Source: an uncultured bacterium
Lineage (GTDB): Bacteria; Verrucomicrobiota; Kiritimatiellia; RFP12; UBA1067
Length of the DNA: 64,000 bases
Reading direction: 5' to 3'
Assembly: GCA_902779865.1 (NCBI GenBank)
Contig: CACZDG010000001.1
Coordinates: 10,149-74,148 of the forward strand
Within the stretch, counting starts at the first letter, position 1, and each line of letters starts with the position of its first letter. The notes below the pieces were generated by a model. The model saw only the letters and a program-made list of their open reading frames with translations, did no database searches and was not told where the DNA came from. Below, one piece after another: positions 38,471 through 45,403 of this stretch. The position numbers were made by a program, and so were the translations under genes.

Positions 38471-41401
38471 ATGGAAAAATTGCATACGAAGTTGGGAATC
38501 GTTCGCATTGCCTCTTTGGGGGCGGCGTTTTGCCTTGCATTTGGCGCGCTGGCGGATGGAAATGAAATCGACTGGTTCAACGTGTCCTTTAATGGGTACA
38601 CGCAGGGACAGCAGCTTTCCGATACGGGTGCGACCGGCGGCGCGTGGCATTCGCCCATCCCGAACATTGCCACAAACGTGAACGACGGCGTGCGCAACGG
38701 CATCGCCATCACCGCCGAGATCGGAGAGGAACTGGCATTCGAGCCGAGTACGCCTGCCGGACGCGACATCGAGCGCATCGACTTCGCGATATGCGCCGAA
38801 TCGCTCGGGCCGTTCTCGCCCCCGGACTTCGACGGCGCGGCGGGTCTCGCCCCTGCGAAGGAGGAGGACGGCGCGGCGGTGTACTACGGCTTCACCACGA
38901 ACGGATGGGTGAAGCTGACCGGCGCGGGCGTAGCACCTGCGACCGGCGCATGGGTCGACGGACGCATCGAGCTGCGCACGGTTGACGGCCTCCGCCTCGT
39001 GAGCTATCTCGTGAAGAATGGCGGCGGCGATTATGTGCGCCTCGCCGACGATTCCGGCACGTCGTGGTTCCGCACGTCCGCGCCGCGGGCGCAGGGCGGC
39101 GTCGCGTCGATCTCGTTCACGGGTACCGGACGCTTTTCCGACTTCGGCGGCAAGGAGAACGACGATGAGGCGATGCGCGTGTTCCGCTGGGCTGGTGGCG
39201 CGGAAGGCGACTGGAACGATCCCGCGAACTGGATGACCAACGGTGTGGCGGCGGGGACAGTCCCCGGCGCGGCGGGCGACATCGCGGTCGTCGACGGCGC
39301 GGCGTCGCTCGCGAACGGAACCGAGAGCGGCACGGTCAACAACCTCACCATTGGATTCGGCGAGAACGGCGCGGCGTCGATCATGGGCGGCGACCTCGTG
39401 ACGCCCATCGCGCTCGATACGACGCGTCCGCGCGCAGGGCGTCCGCTTGCGGTGGAAATCGGCACGTTCCTCGGCTTGACGCCGGACTACACGTTCACGT
39501 GGCGGCGTGGCTCGACCGCGAAGGCGTACGAGACGGCGGCGGTCGGCAACGCGGCGTCCTTCACGCCCACGACGGCGGACTACGAGCACTGGTTCAAGTT
39601 CACCGCGCGCGACGGAAACGGCGCGACGCGCCTGGAGAAGGAGTTCTTCTTCTCGAAGTTGCCCGTCTTCTACATGACGACGGACGACGGACAGACGCCG
39701 AGCGCGAACAAGGAGAAGCACGACGGACAGGTCCTGGTGCAGGGCAACGACGAGTGGAAGTCGCTCTACAACGGCAAGATGACGATCAACGTGCGTGGCA
39801 ATTCCACGAAGAGCTACCCCAAGAAACCATGGAAGATCAAGCTCGACAAGAAGACCGAGATGTTCGGCATTCCAAAGTCGAAGCACTGGGTGCTGCTCGC
39901 AAACTACAACGACCAGTCCATGATGCGCAACAAGCTCGCCGGTGACTTCGCGAACGACATCGGTTCGCTCGGCATGAAATCGACGTGGGTCGAGTGCATT
40001 CTCAACGGTGAATGGCAGGGCACGTACCAGTTCGGCGAGCAGATCCGCGTGGCGAAGGATCGCGTGAACGTACACGACTGGGAAGGGGACGCGGGCGACA
40101 TCGCGGAGGCGTTTGTAAAGGATCAAAAGACGAAAGGACACATTCTCACGGGCGACCAGGAGGACGAACTCGCCACGCAGCTGGAGCAGAACTTCGCGTG
40201 GGTGACGGCGGATACCTTCTCGTATCTCGACAAGACGAACAACGTCACGCTCACAGGCCAGCCGTCCAAGCTTCTCAAGAAGTTCACGAACGACATTTCG
40301 GGCGGCTACCTCTTTGAGTTCTCGGAGGAGTACGACGAGGTGTCGAAGTTCACCACGGAGTCCGGCGCGCTCGGCGTCAGGACGATGATGAAGGCGCCGG
40401 AGTACCTCTACACCAACACCGACATGTTCAACTACTGCCAGGACTACCTCAAGAAGTACTGGGACGCCTGCACGTCGTGGGACGGCTACAACGCGGGCGA
40501 GGACAAGTGGATCGGCGACTACTGCGACTACGAGTCGATGGTGAACTACTGGCTCGTGATGGAGATGTTCGGCAACAACGACGCGGTGAAGAAGAGCCGC
40601 TACGCCTACAAGGAGCAGGGGCAGAAGCTCGTGTTCGGTCCGGTGTGGGACTTCGACTGGGGCGTGGGGAGCCTGCGCGTCTCCAGCAACGGGACGGGCT
40701 GGAAGTGCCAGGAGGCGGACGGCAAGACGGCGTACTCCTTCTTCAAAGACTGGGCGGACAGTCCCGAGTTCTGCACGCGCCTCCACACGCGCTACTGGCA
40801 GGTGCGCGACCGCTTCGCCGCCTGCATGGCGGACGGCGGCCTCATCGACCAGTACACCAACTTCATCTACGAGGCGTGCCTCGCCAACTCCGCGAAGTGG
40901 GACGACAAGAACAACGGCTGGAATGTGTACAACTCCAGCGCGTTCGGGAAGGACGTCGCCCGCCTCAAGAGCTATCTCACGCAGCGCCTCGCTTGGCTCG
41001 ACCAGCAGTTCGCGGATGTGCCCACGCTCATGGCGAGCGTGAAGCAAAATACATCCAATCACCCGTACACGGCCGACGCGACGACGATGCCTGTGGCATT
41101 TGAGAATCTTAGTGGCACGCTGCCAAAGGGGCGGCGGCTGCGTACGCGCTTTACCGTTGGCGGATCGACTGCGACGACGGTCTCGTGTTTCGTGAATGGC
41201 ATTCGCGTGGTTCAGAAGCAGGCACTTGACGGCAGCCGCGTGTTCAGCGCGGCGATACCGTCCGCTGCCTTCACGGCGGCGCAGGGCGAGCCGAATTGTG
41301 TGTCGTTCATCGCCTACGACTCGTCTGGTAACGTCGTCGCGCGCAACTACGCGCTCGTCACGCAGAGTCCGTCGGAGTCAACGACCATCATCTTGCGTTA
41401 A
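38471..41401 (+). CDS. secreted CotH kinase-family protein (976 aa)
   Basis: Signal peptide. Central CotH-like region (KMTINVRGNSTKSYPKKPWKIKLDKK...HWVLLANYNDQSMMRNKLAGDFAND...VECILNGEWQGTYQFGEQI). Confidence 0.7.
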   Translation: MEKLHTKLGIVRIASLGAAFCLAFGALADGNEIDWFNVSFNGYTQGQQLSDTGATGGAWHSPIPNIATNVNDGVRNGIAITAEIGEELAFEPSTPAGRDIERIDFAICAESLGPFSPPDFDGAAGLAPAKEEDGAAVYYGFTTNGWVKLTGAGVAPATGAWVDGRIELRTVDGLRLVSYLVKNGGGDYVRLADDSGTSWFRTSAPRAQGGVASISFTGTGRFSDFGGKENDDEAMRVFRWAGGAEGDWNDPANWMTNGVAAGTVPGAAGDIAVVDGAASLANGTESGTVNNLTIGFGENGAASIMGGDLVTPIALDTTRPRAGRPLAVEIGTFLGLTPDYTFTWRRGSTAKAYETAAVGNAASFTPTTADYEHWFKFTARDGNGATRLEKEFFFSKLPVFYMTTDDGQTPSANKEKHDGQVLVQGNDEWKSLYNGKMTINVRGNSTKSYPKKPWKIKLDKKTEMFGIPKSKHWVLLANYNDQSMMRNKLAGDFANDIGSLGMKSTWVECILNGEWQGTYQFGEQIRVAKDRVNVHDWEGDAGDIAEAFVKDQKTKGHILTGDQEDELATQLEQNFAWVTADTFSYLDKTNNVTLTGQPSKLLKKFTNDISGGYLFEFSEEYDEVSKFTTESGALGVRTMMKAPEYLYTNTDMFNYCQDYLKKYWDACTSWDGYNAGEDKWIGDYCDYESMVNYWLVMEMFGNNDAVKKSRYAYKEQGQKLVFGPVWDFDWGVGSLRVSSNGTGWKCQEADGKTAYSFFKDWADSPEFCTRLHTRYWQVRDRFAACMADGGLIDQYTNFIYEACLANSAKWDDKNNGWNVYNSSAFGKDVARLKSYLTQRLAWLDQQFADVPTLMASVKQNTSNHPYTADATTMPVAFENLSGTLPKGRRLRTRFTVGGSTATTVSCFVNGIRVVQKQALDGSRVFSAAIPSAAFTAAQGEPNCVSFIAYDSSGNVVARNYALVTQSPSESTTIILR

Positions 41402-41474
41402 GGCGGCTTGAGCTGTTAGAAATTGCCGTTGCGTCGGCGTTCTGAAGGTAAGTAAAATTTTTTCATTTTACCCC

Positions 41475-41503
41475 TTGCGGATATGCTCCAAGTCTGATAT
41501 ACT
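41475..41503 (+). promoter_or_regulatory. sigma70-type promoter TTGCGG-N17-TATACT for the tRNA operon
   Basis: -35 at 41475-41480. tgaTATACT at 41495-41503. tRNA-Gly begins 25 nt downstream. Confidence 0.5.
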
Positions 41504-41527
41504 ATACGGCGTTTTCACGACACCAGT

Positions 41528-41603
41528 GCGAGCTTAACTCAGTTGGTAGAGTGCCACCTTGCCAAGGTGGTTGTCGAGGGTTCGAGTCCCTTAGCTCGCT
41601 CCA
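41528..41603 (+). tRNA. tRNA-Gly (anticodon GCC), CCA encoded
   Basis: GCGAGCTTAACTCAGTTGGTAGAGTGCCACCTTGCCAAGGTGG... cloverleaf. Anticodon loop TTGCCAA. Confidence 0.9.
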
Positions 41604-41629
41604 TTCTTGGGGTTGTGGAAGCGGTGAAT

Positions 41630-41705
41630 GGGAGCATAGCTCAGTTGGTAGAGCAAGTGACTCTTAATCACTGGGTCGTGGGTTCGAATCCCTCTGCTCC
41701 TACCA
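41630..41705 (+). tRNA. tRNA-Lys (anticodon CTT), CCA encoded
   Basis: GGGAGCATAGCTCAGTTGGTAGAGCAAGTGACTCTTAATCACT... Anticodon loop CTCTTAA. One T-stem mismatch. Confidence 0.85.
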
Positions 41706-41724
41706 TTCACAACTAACTGGTCGT

Positions 41725-41800
<76 letters not shown>

Positions 41801-41812
41801 TTCCATGTCTAA

Positions 41813-41840
41813 CTCGGAGAGAACTCCGAGGTTTTTTTTT
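41813..41840 (+). terminator. rho-independent terminator after the tRNA cluster
   Basis: ctcggaga-gaa-ctccgag hairpin followed by gttttttttt. Confidence 0.7.
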
Positions 41841-41909
41841 ATGATTCTTGTCATTGGGCGGATTCGAAGTTGGATTGTCGTTCAATTCCGTTAGGCGCTG
41901 GGGCGAGGC

Positions 41910-41971
41910 TAGGTGGGACGAGGCGTCCTCGCCGAGCCGCAACGGCTCACCCGGAGGGTTCGCCCCACCTA
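41910..41971. other. GC-rich nested-hairpin element: 8-bp inverted repeat TAGGTGGG...CCCACCTA enclosing three short hairpins
   Basis: Inner hairpins cgagg-cgt-cctcg, gagccg-caa-cggctc and ggg-ttcg-ccc. Lies in ~290 bp of apparently non-coding GC-rich DNA (41841-42127) whose only ORFs are low-complexity R/A/P translations. Confidence 0.3.
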
Positions 41972-42127
41972 CGGGCCGCCCGGTGGTCGGCCCCTACCGG
42001 TTCGCATTGGGCGCGATCACCGAGCGCGCCGCAAAGCGACGACGGAGGCACTTCGGCGGAGTTGTGGGTGAGCGGGATTAAGGGCGTACCTTCTGCGTTG
42101 CCTACTGGCGGCATTGCTTTCCTCGTT

Positions 42128-42346
42128 ATGCAGAAATACTGGTATGAGGAAATTGAATGCGGCGAGAAGAGCGTGGAGCATCGCAAGCAATGCAAGACGT
42201 ACCGCGAAATGTTTATCGACCATCATCCCGTTGCGGTGAAGCTTCAATGCGGCTATACCAATCGCCAGATGATATGGCAAATTGAAGAGGTGGAAGATTG
42301 TGGCGAAGCCGGAATCGATATCAGCTTCGGCAAGAGGATTGGGTGA
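42128..42346 (+). CDS. small hypothetical protein, possibly ASCH/PUA-like fragment
   Basis: MQKYWYEEIECGEKSVEHRK... resembles the ASCH-domain N-terminus. Only 72 aa from the first ATG. The longer track ORF upstream is a low-complexity GC artefact. Confidence 0.25.
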   Translation: MQKYWYEEIECGEKSVEHRKQCKTYREMFIDHHPVAVKLQCGYTNRQMIWQIEEVEDCGEAGIDISFGKRIG

Positions 42347-42350
42347 TGGC

Positions 42351-42567
42351 AATGATACGGGGGCAAGCCCCCGAACCCCCTGATTATTCGGGGGTGCCAG
42401 AGCCCAGAGAGGAGAAAGCCTACCTTGGGCGGGGTTCGGGGGCGCCAGAGCCCCGAGAGGAGAAATCCTACCTTGGGCGGGGTTCGGGGGCGCCAGAGCC
42501 CCGAGAGGAGAAATCCTACCTTGGGCGGGGTTCGGGGGCGCCAGAGCCCCCGTGGTCATTGGCATTC
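42351..42567. repeat. REP-like GC-rich hairpin elements plus about 3.5 tandem copies of a 48-bp unit
   Basis: 30-mer aatgatacgggggcaagcccccgaaccccc at 42351-42380, identical to 43160-43189. 48-bp unit ggggttcgggggcgccagagccccgagaggagaaatcctaccttgggc as two perfect copies (42431-42478 and 42479-42526) with flanking partial copies. Each unit has a cgggg/ccccg stem. Confidence 0.7.
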
Positions 42568-43604
42568 GCCCGCTCGCAAATCGCAGCGGCCATATCATTC
42601 ATGGCGAGGCAATTCTGCCGGAAGATTGCGCCGGCATCTGCAACCGACTGCGGGAAGTCGCTCAGGATGAGCATCCGATCAGCAGCCAGCTCGCGCGAAT
42701 CCTCTGCGGAAGGATCGTAGCTGGGTGGCAAGGCGCACGGGCGCATCTTGATGAAGCGGGCAAGTGGCTCTTCCTTGAGGCGGCGAAGCACTTCCTTCTC
42801 GCCGGGCGAAAGGAATCCCGAAACGGGAATCATTCCATGCCGGGCCTTTTCTATGATTTCATCGATCGCGGGCTTATGCTCTTCAAGGCTCATTTTGCGC
42901 GTGAGGCGCACGTGGAAGAGAAAGGGCGAGGAGAGCAGAAGCGGATTGCCAACTGCATCCCATTGGCGTGAGGCATCGAGGATGGGATGGCGGATGTTGG
43001 CGAGGCGCGTGAAGCGATTGGGATGGCGGGCCTTCCAGAGCGCGCGAGCCGGATTGAGCTTGATATAGCGGCGGATGGTCTTCAGCTGGCGCGAGGAGAA
43101 GGAAAGCACGAGCCAGAAACGGCGCTCCCAATGAAACGGGGGCAAGCCCCCGAACCCCCAATGATACGGGGGCAAGCCCCCGAACCCCCGAAGGGAAGAT
43201 TCCTTGGCATTCGATGGGCGGGGTTCGGGGGCGCCAGAGCCCCCGTGGTAATTCTGGGCATTCGATTGGCGGGGTTCGGGGGCGCCAGAGCCCCCGTGGT
43301 CATTGCTCTTCTCGCTTCGCCTTTGGAAATCCTTGATCCACCCGATCAAATCAAAATTGGGATCGATATCATAATTGGCGATGAGCAGAAGATGGATATG
43401 ATCTGGCATGATGATGAAATTGGATGCCGTGAGGGCTGGATTGCGGCTGTGGGTTTCCAGCCACGCCGCCACCACCGCTTCGCCTGCCGGGAGCAAGGTG
43501 ACCGTGGCATCGGGATTGATGCGCGAAAGCACCTTCGCCCTGTCTTCCACGCAAAGGGTGATGAAGAAGAATTTGCGGCCGAATCTCTGGAGGTTCAATT
43601 TCAT
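42516..43604 (-). CDS. IS200/IS605-like HuH Y1 transposase, REP-associated (RAYT-like), with in-frame REP-derived insertions and a C-terminal extension
   Basis: FFITLCVEDR..., HuH motif MPDHIHLLL, and ERRFWLV...IRRYIKLNPARA as the Y-motif region. Between them the ORF reads through REP hairpins, giving GGSGAPEPR-type peptides. The C-terminal ~200 aa has no recognised domain. Possibly degenerate or domesticated. Confidence 0.55.
   Translation of the reverse strand: MKLNLQRFGRKFFFITLCVEDRAKVLSRINPDATVTLLPAGEAVVAAWLETHSRNPALTASNFIIMPDHIHLLLIANYDIDPNFDLIGWIKDFQRRSEKSNDHGGSGAPEPRQSNAQNYHGGSGAPEPRPSNAKESSLRGFGGLPPYHWGFGGLPPFHWERRFWLVLSFSSRQLKTIRRYIKLNPARALWKARHPNRFTRLANIRHPILDASRQWDAVGNPLLLSSPFLFHVRLTRKMSLEEHKPAIDEIIEKARHGMIPVSGFLSPGEKEVLRRLKEEPLARFIKMRPCALPPSYDPSAEDSRELAADRMLILSDFPQSVADAGAIFRQNCLAMNDMAAAICERANANDHGGSGAPEPRPR
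43130..43304. repeat. array of four REP-like hairpins (2 direct + 2 inverted-type copies) located inside the RAYT-like ORF
   Basis: aatgaaacgggggcaagcccccgaaccccc at 43130-43159. Copy at 43160-43189. ggcattcgatgggcggggttcgggggcgccagagcccccgtggtaatt at 43206-43253. Near-identical copy at 43257-43304. cgggggcgccagagcccccg forms a 6-bp stem hairpin. Confidence 0.7.
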
Positions 43605-43692
43605 GGCGGTGGATATTATATCAGAAAAACCAAAATCACTGATAGGGACTCTGCCTCTGAATCCCGCGAATGATCAAAATAATTTTTCCCCC

Positions 43693-43721
43693 TTGCGCAC
43701 CGTCATGGATTTTGCTACAAT
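43693..43721 (+). promoter_or_regulatory. canonical sigma70 promoter TTGCGC-N17-TACAAT heading the low-GC islet
   Basis: -35 at 43693-43698, -10 at 43716-43721. About 200 nt precede the first ORF (ATG 43932, AAGGAG RBS). Confidence 0.45.
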
Positions 43722-43931
43722 ATCCGCCATCAAGATATCAGGAGAGATGCGCGAAAGCGTATCCGCCAACCGAGTGGAACACCACGGTGGTAGCCGAGAG
43801 GCGATGTGCCCGAGAGGGAAACATGTTCCAGGAAGCCGCTCGTCTTGATCGCAGGATGGGCGGCCAATCGATTGCGGGGATGATTCCCGTCTGAAAGGCT
43901 TGGCGCAACACAAGCAAAAGGAGCAAGGACC

Positions 43932-44261
43932 ATGCAAAAGCCAAATCAAATTGAATACAGCAACGCCAATGGCGTAGATGGCAAAAAGAACGGCGGCGAC
44001 GTGAAGTCGGTCGGACCTTCAAAGGCGATGAAGGACGCCCTTGAAGCAACAGGGCTGCATATCGAATGGCCTGACTACATCTACGTTCCGGTAGAAGGGA
44101 AATATTGGGTCGGCAGAGGCGTCGAGAAAAGCGTTACGTTCAATTTCGACTATGAGAAGGATTCCCTCAAGACAAGCGCCGACTTTGACAAGAGTATCGA
44201 ACAGACTCTGCATATAGCATATTCTGCATATAGCATATATGGATTGCAACTGGCGCTATGA
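43932..44261 (+). CDS. hypothetical protein (109 aa, ORFan)
   Basis: ORF with AAGGAG RBS in a low-GC (~45%) region. No recognisable domain. The 3' end carries a 15-bp tandem duplication (ctgcatatagcatat x2). Confidence 0.45.
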   Translation: MQKPNQIEYSNANGVDGKKNGGDVKSVGPSKAMKDALEATGLHIEWPDYIYVPVEGKYWVGRGVEKSVTFNFDYEKDSLKTSADFDKSIEQTLHIAYSAYSIYGLQLAL

Positions 44262-44679
44262 CTTGAAGGAGAGCGACCTTGAAGAACTGAAACGCAATGA
44301 CGACCTTTCTTGGTGGAATGTAATAGATATTCTGGTGGCCAGTCTGCAGACGGAAAGACGCCTTTCTCGATTCTGGTGGGTGGCCTGCTGTGTGATAGAT
44401 GGGGATCCGATACCTCCAAGGGAACAAATGCAAGGGATGTGCGAGACGATCTACGTCCACCCGATGATGGCAAACTCGATACGGGAATGCCTCATGAAGG
44501 CCTACCCGAACCTGAAGGGATGCGAATGTGCAAAGGACATTGGAAACATCATCGACGAACTCGCATGGAAACTTGACATAAAAGAATCTTTCAACCTTAA
44601 GACGGGCGTTGCTGAGCCTCGTAAAAAGGATGCTAGGCCTCCTCTCTACAAGCCCATGCCCCGATTTGATCTATTTTAA
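44239..44679 (+). CDS. hypothetical Cys-containing protein (146 aa, ORFan)
   Basis: ATG overlaps the last 23 nt of the previous ORF. Several Cys residues (WWVACCVIDG, GMCETIY, CLMKAYPNLKGCECAKD). No recognised domain. Confidence 0.4.
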   Translation: MDCNWRYDLKESDLEELKRNDDLSWWNVIDILVASLQTERRLSRFWWVACCVIDGDPIPPREQMQGMCETIYVHPMMANSIRECLMKAYPNLKGCECAKDIGNIIDELAWKLDIKESFNLKTGVAEPRKKDARPPLYKPMPRFDLF

Positions 44680-44693
44680 AGGAAGAATTAACT

Positions 44694-45281
44694 ATGGCTG
44701 AACGGCACATTTACGGAAGCGACAACAAGTACAAAGGCAGCATTGATGACGATGATTACATCTACGATACCCGTCACCGGTTGATCGGGCGTGTGAAAAA
44801 CGGCACGATCTACGACGACTGCAACATCCCACGGGGACACATCGACTCCGACGGCCGCGTGACGGATTTGTGCAACATCCCCACGGGAAAGGAGTTCGGG
44901 GCGAACTTCGTTGGGTGGGGCGGACACGGCAGCGGCTACGTGAGGAACGACGTGCTTGGCACTGGGCACGGCAACGACTACGGCGTGTTCGAGCAACTCG
45001 ACCGTAGCCGACGCCGCAATTTCGATTCCTGTTCATACGGTGACGATGAGGACTATGGCGACAATGAGGACTATGGCGACGACGATGACGGTTCCGATTG
45101 GAATGACAGCTTCACGCCAGAACCAACCCCACGTCGAAGAAGGAGGCGGAATGATAGCGGGAATACGCGAAGCGGCATAGAAAAGGACATCGGCGGATGT
45201 TTTGACGCCTTGGGAGGGTGTATAGGTGTGATTTTCGGGCTCGTCCTACTATATCAACTTATCAAATACTTGGGCACTTGA
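44694..45281 (+). CDS. hypothetical tail-anchored membrane protein with Gly-rich repeats, acidic DY-repeat and poly-Arg juxtamembrane segment
   Basis: AAGGAAG RBS. Repeats of the type GTIYDDCNIPRGHIDSDGRVTDLCNIPTGKE. GDDEDYGDNEDYGDDDDGSDWND. PRRRRRRND. A single C-terminal TM GGCFDALGGCIGVIFGLVLLYQLIKYLGT. Confidence 0.5.
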   Translation: MAERHIYGSDNKYKGSIDDDDYIYDTRHRLIGRVKNGTIYDDCNIPRGHIDSDGRVTDLCNIPTGKEFGANFVGWGGHGSGYVRNDVLGTGHGNDYGVFEQLDRSRRRNFDSCSYGDDEDYGDNEDYGDDDDGSDWNDSFTPEPTPRRRRRRNDSGNTRSGIEKDIGGCFDALGGCIGVIFGLVLLYQLIKYLGT

Positions 45282-45403
45282 AGTAAGGTACAGGGTGAAA
45301 GGGAAAGAACGAACGGTGGCAAAAGTTGCTATTTTTCATTTGCGGGGTTTGCGTTTGGTGTGAATTTTGATATACTAACCACACGGAAGGAAAAGACATA
45401 GAC

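Noticed and set aside
41910-41971. Fifth tRNA or tmRNA-like gene
   Set aside because: The hairpin loops are only 3 nt, and there is no anticodon or T-loop geometry.
41870-42127. N-terminal 86 residues of track ORF 41870..42346
   Set aside because: Low-complexity R/A/P/G translation of GC-rich hairpin DNA. Only the C-terminal 72 aa after the first ATG looks protein-like.
42383-42551. Possible CRISPR array (regular 48-bp repeats)
   Set aside because: The repeats are contiguous with no unique spacers between them, and no cas genes are nearby. They belong to the local REP hairpin family.
42017-42720. ORFs 42017..42598 (-) and 42298..42720 (+) with triplicated peptide motifs
   Set aside because: Pure translations of the 48-bp tandem repeat and REP hairpins. 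They have no independent coding evidence apart from the RAYT-like ORF.
43670-43894. 74-aa ORF in the leader of the low-GC islet
   Set aside because: No RBS, an odd composition, and overlap with the promoter. Treated as non-coding leader, though a small ORF cannot be fully excluded.
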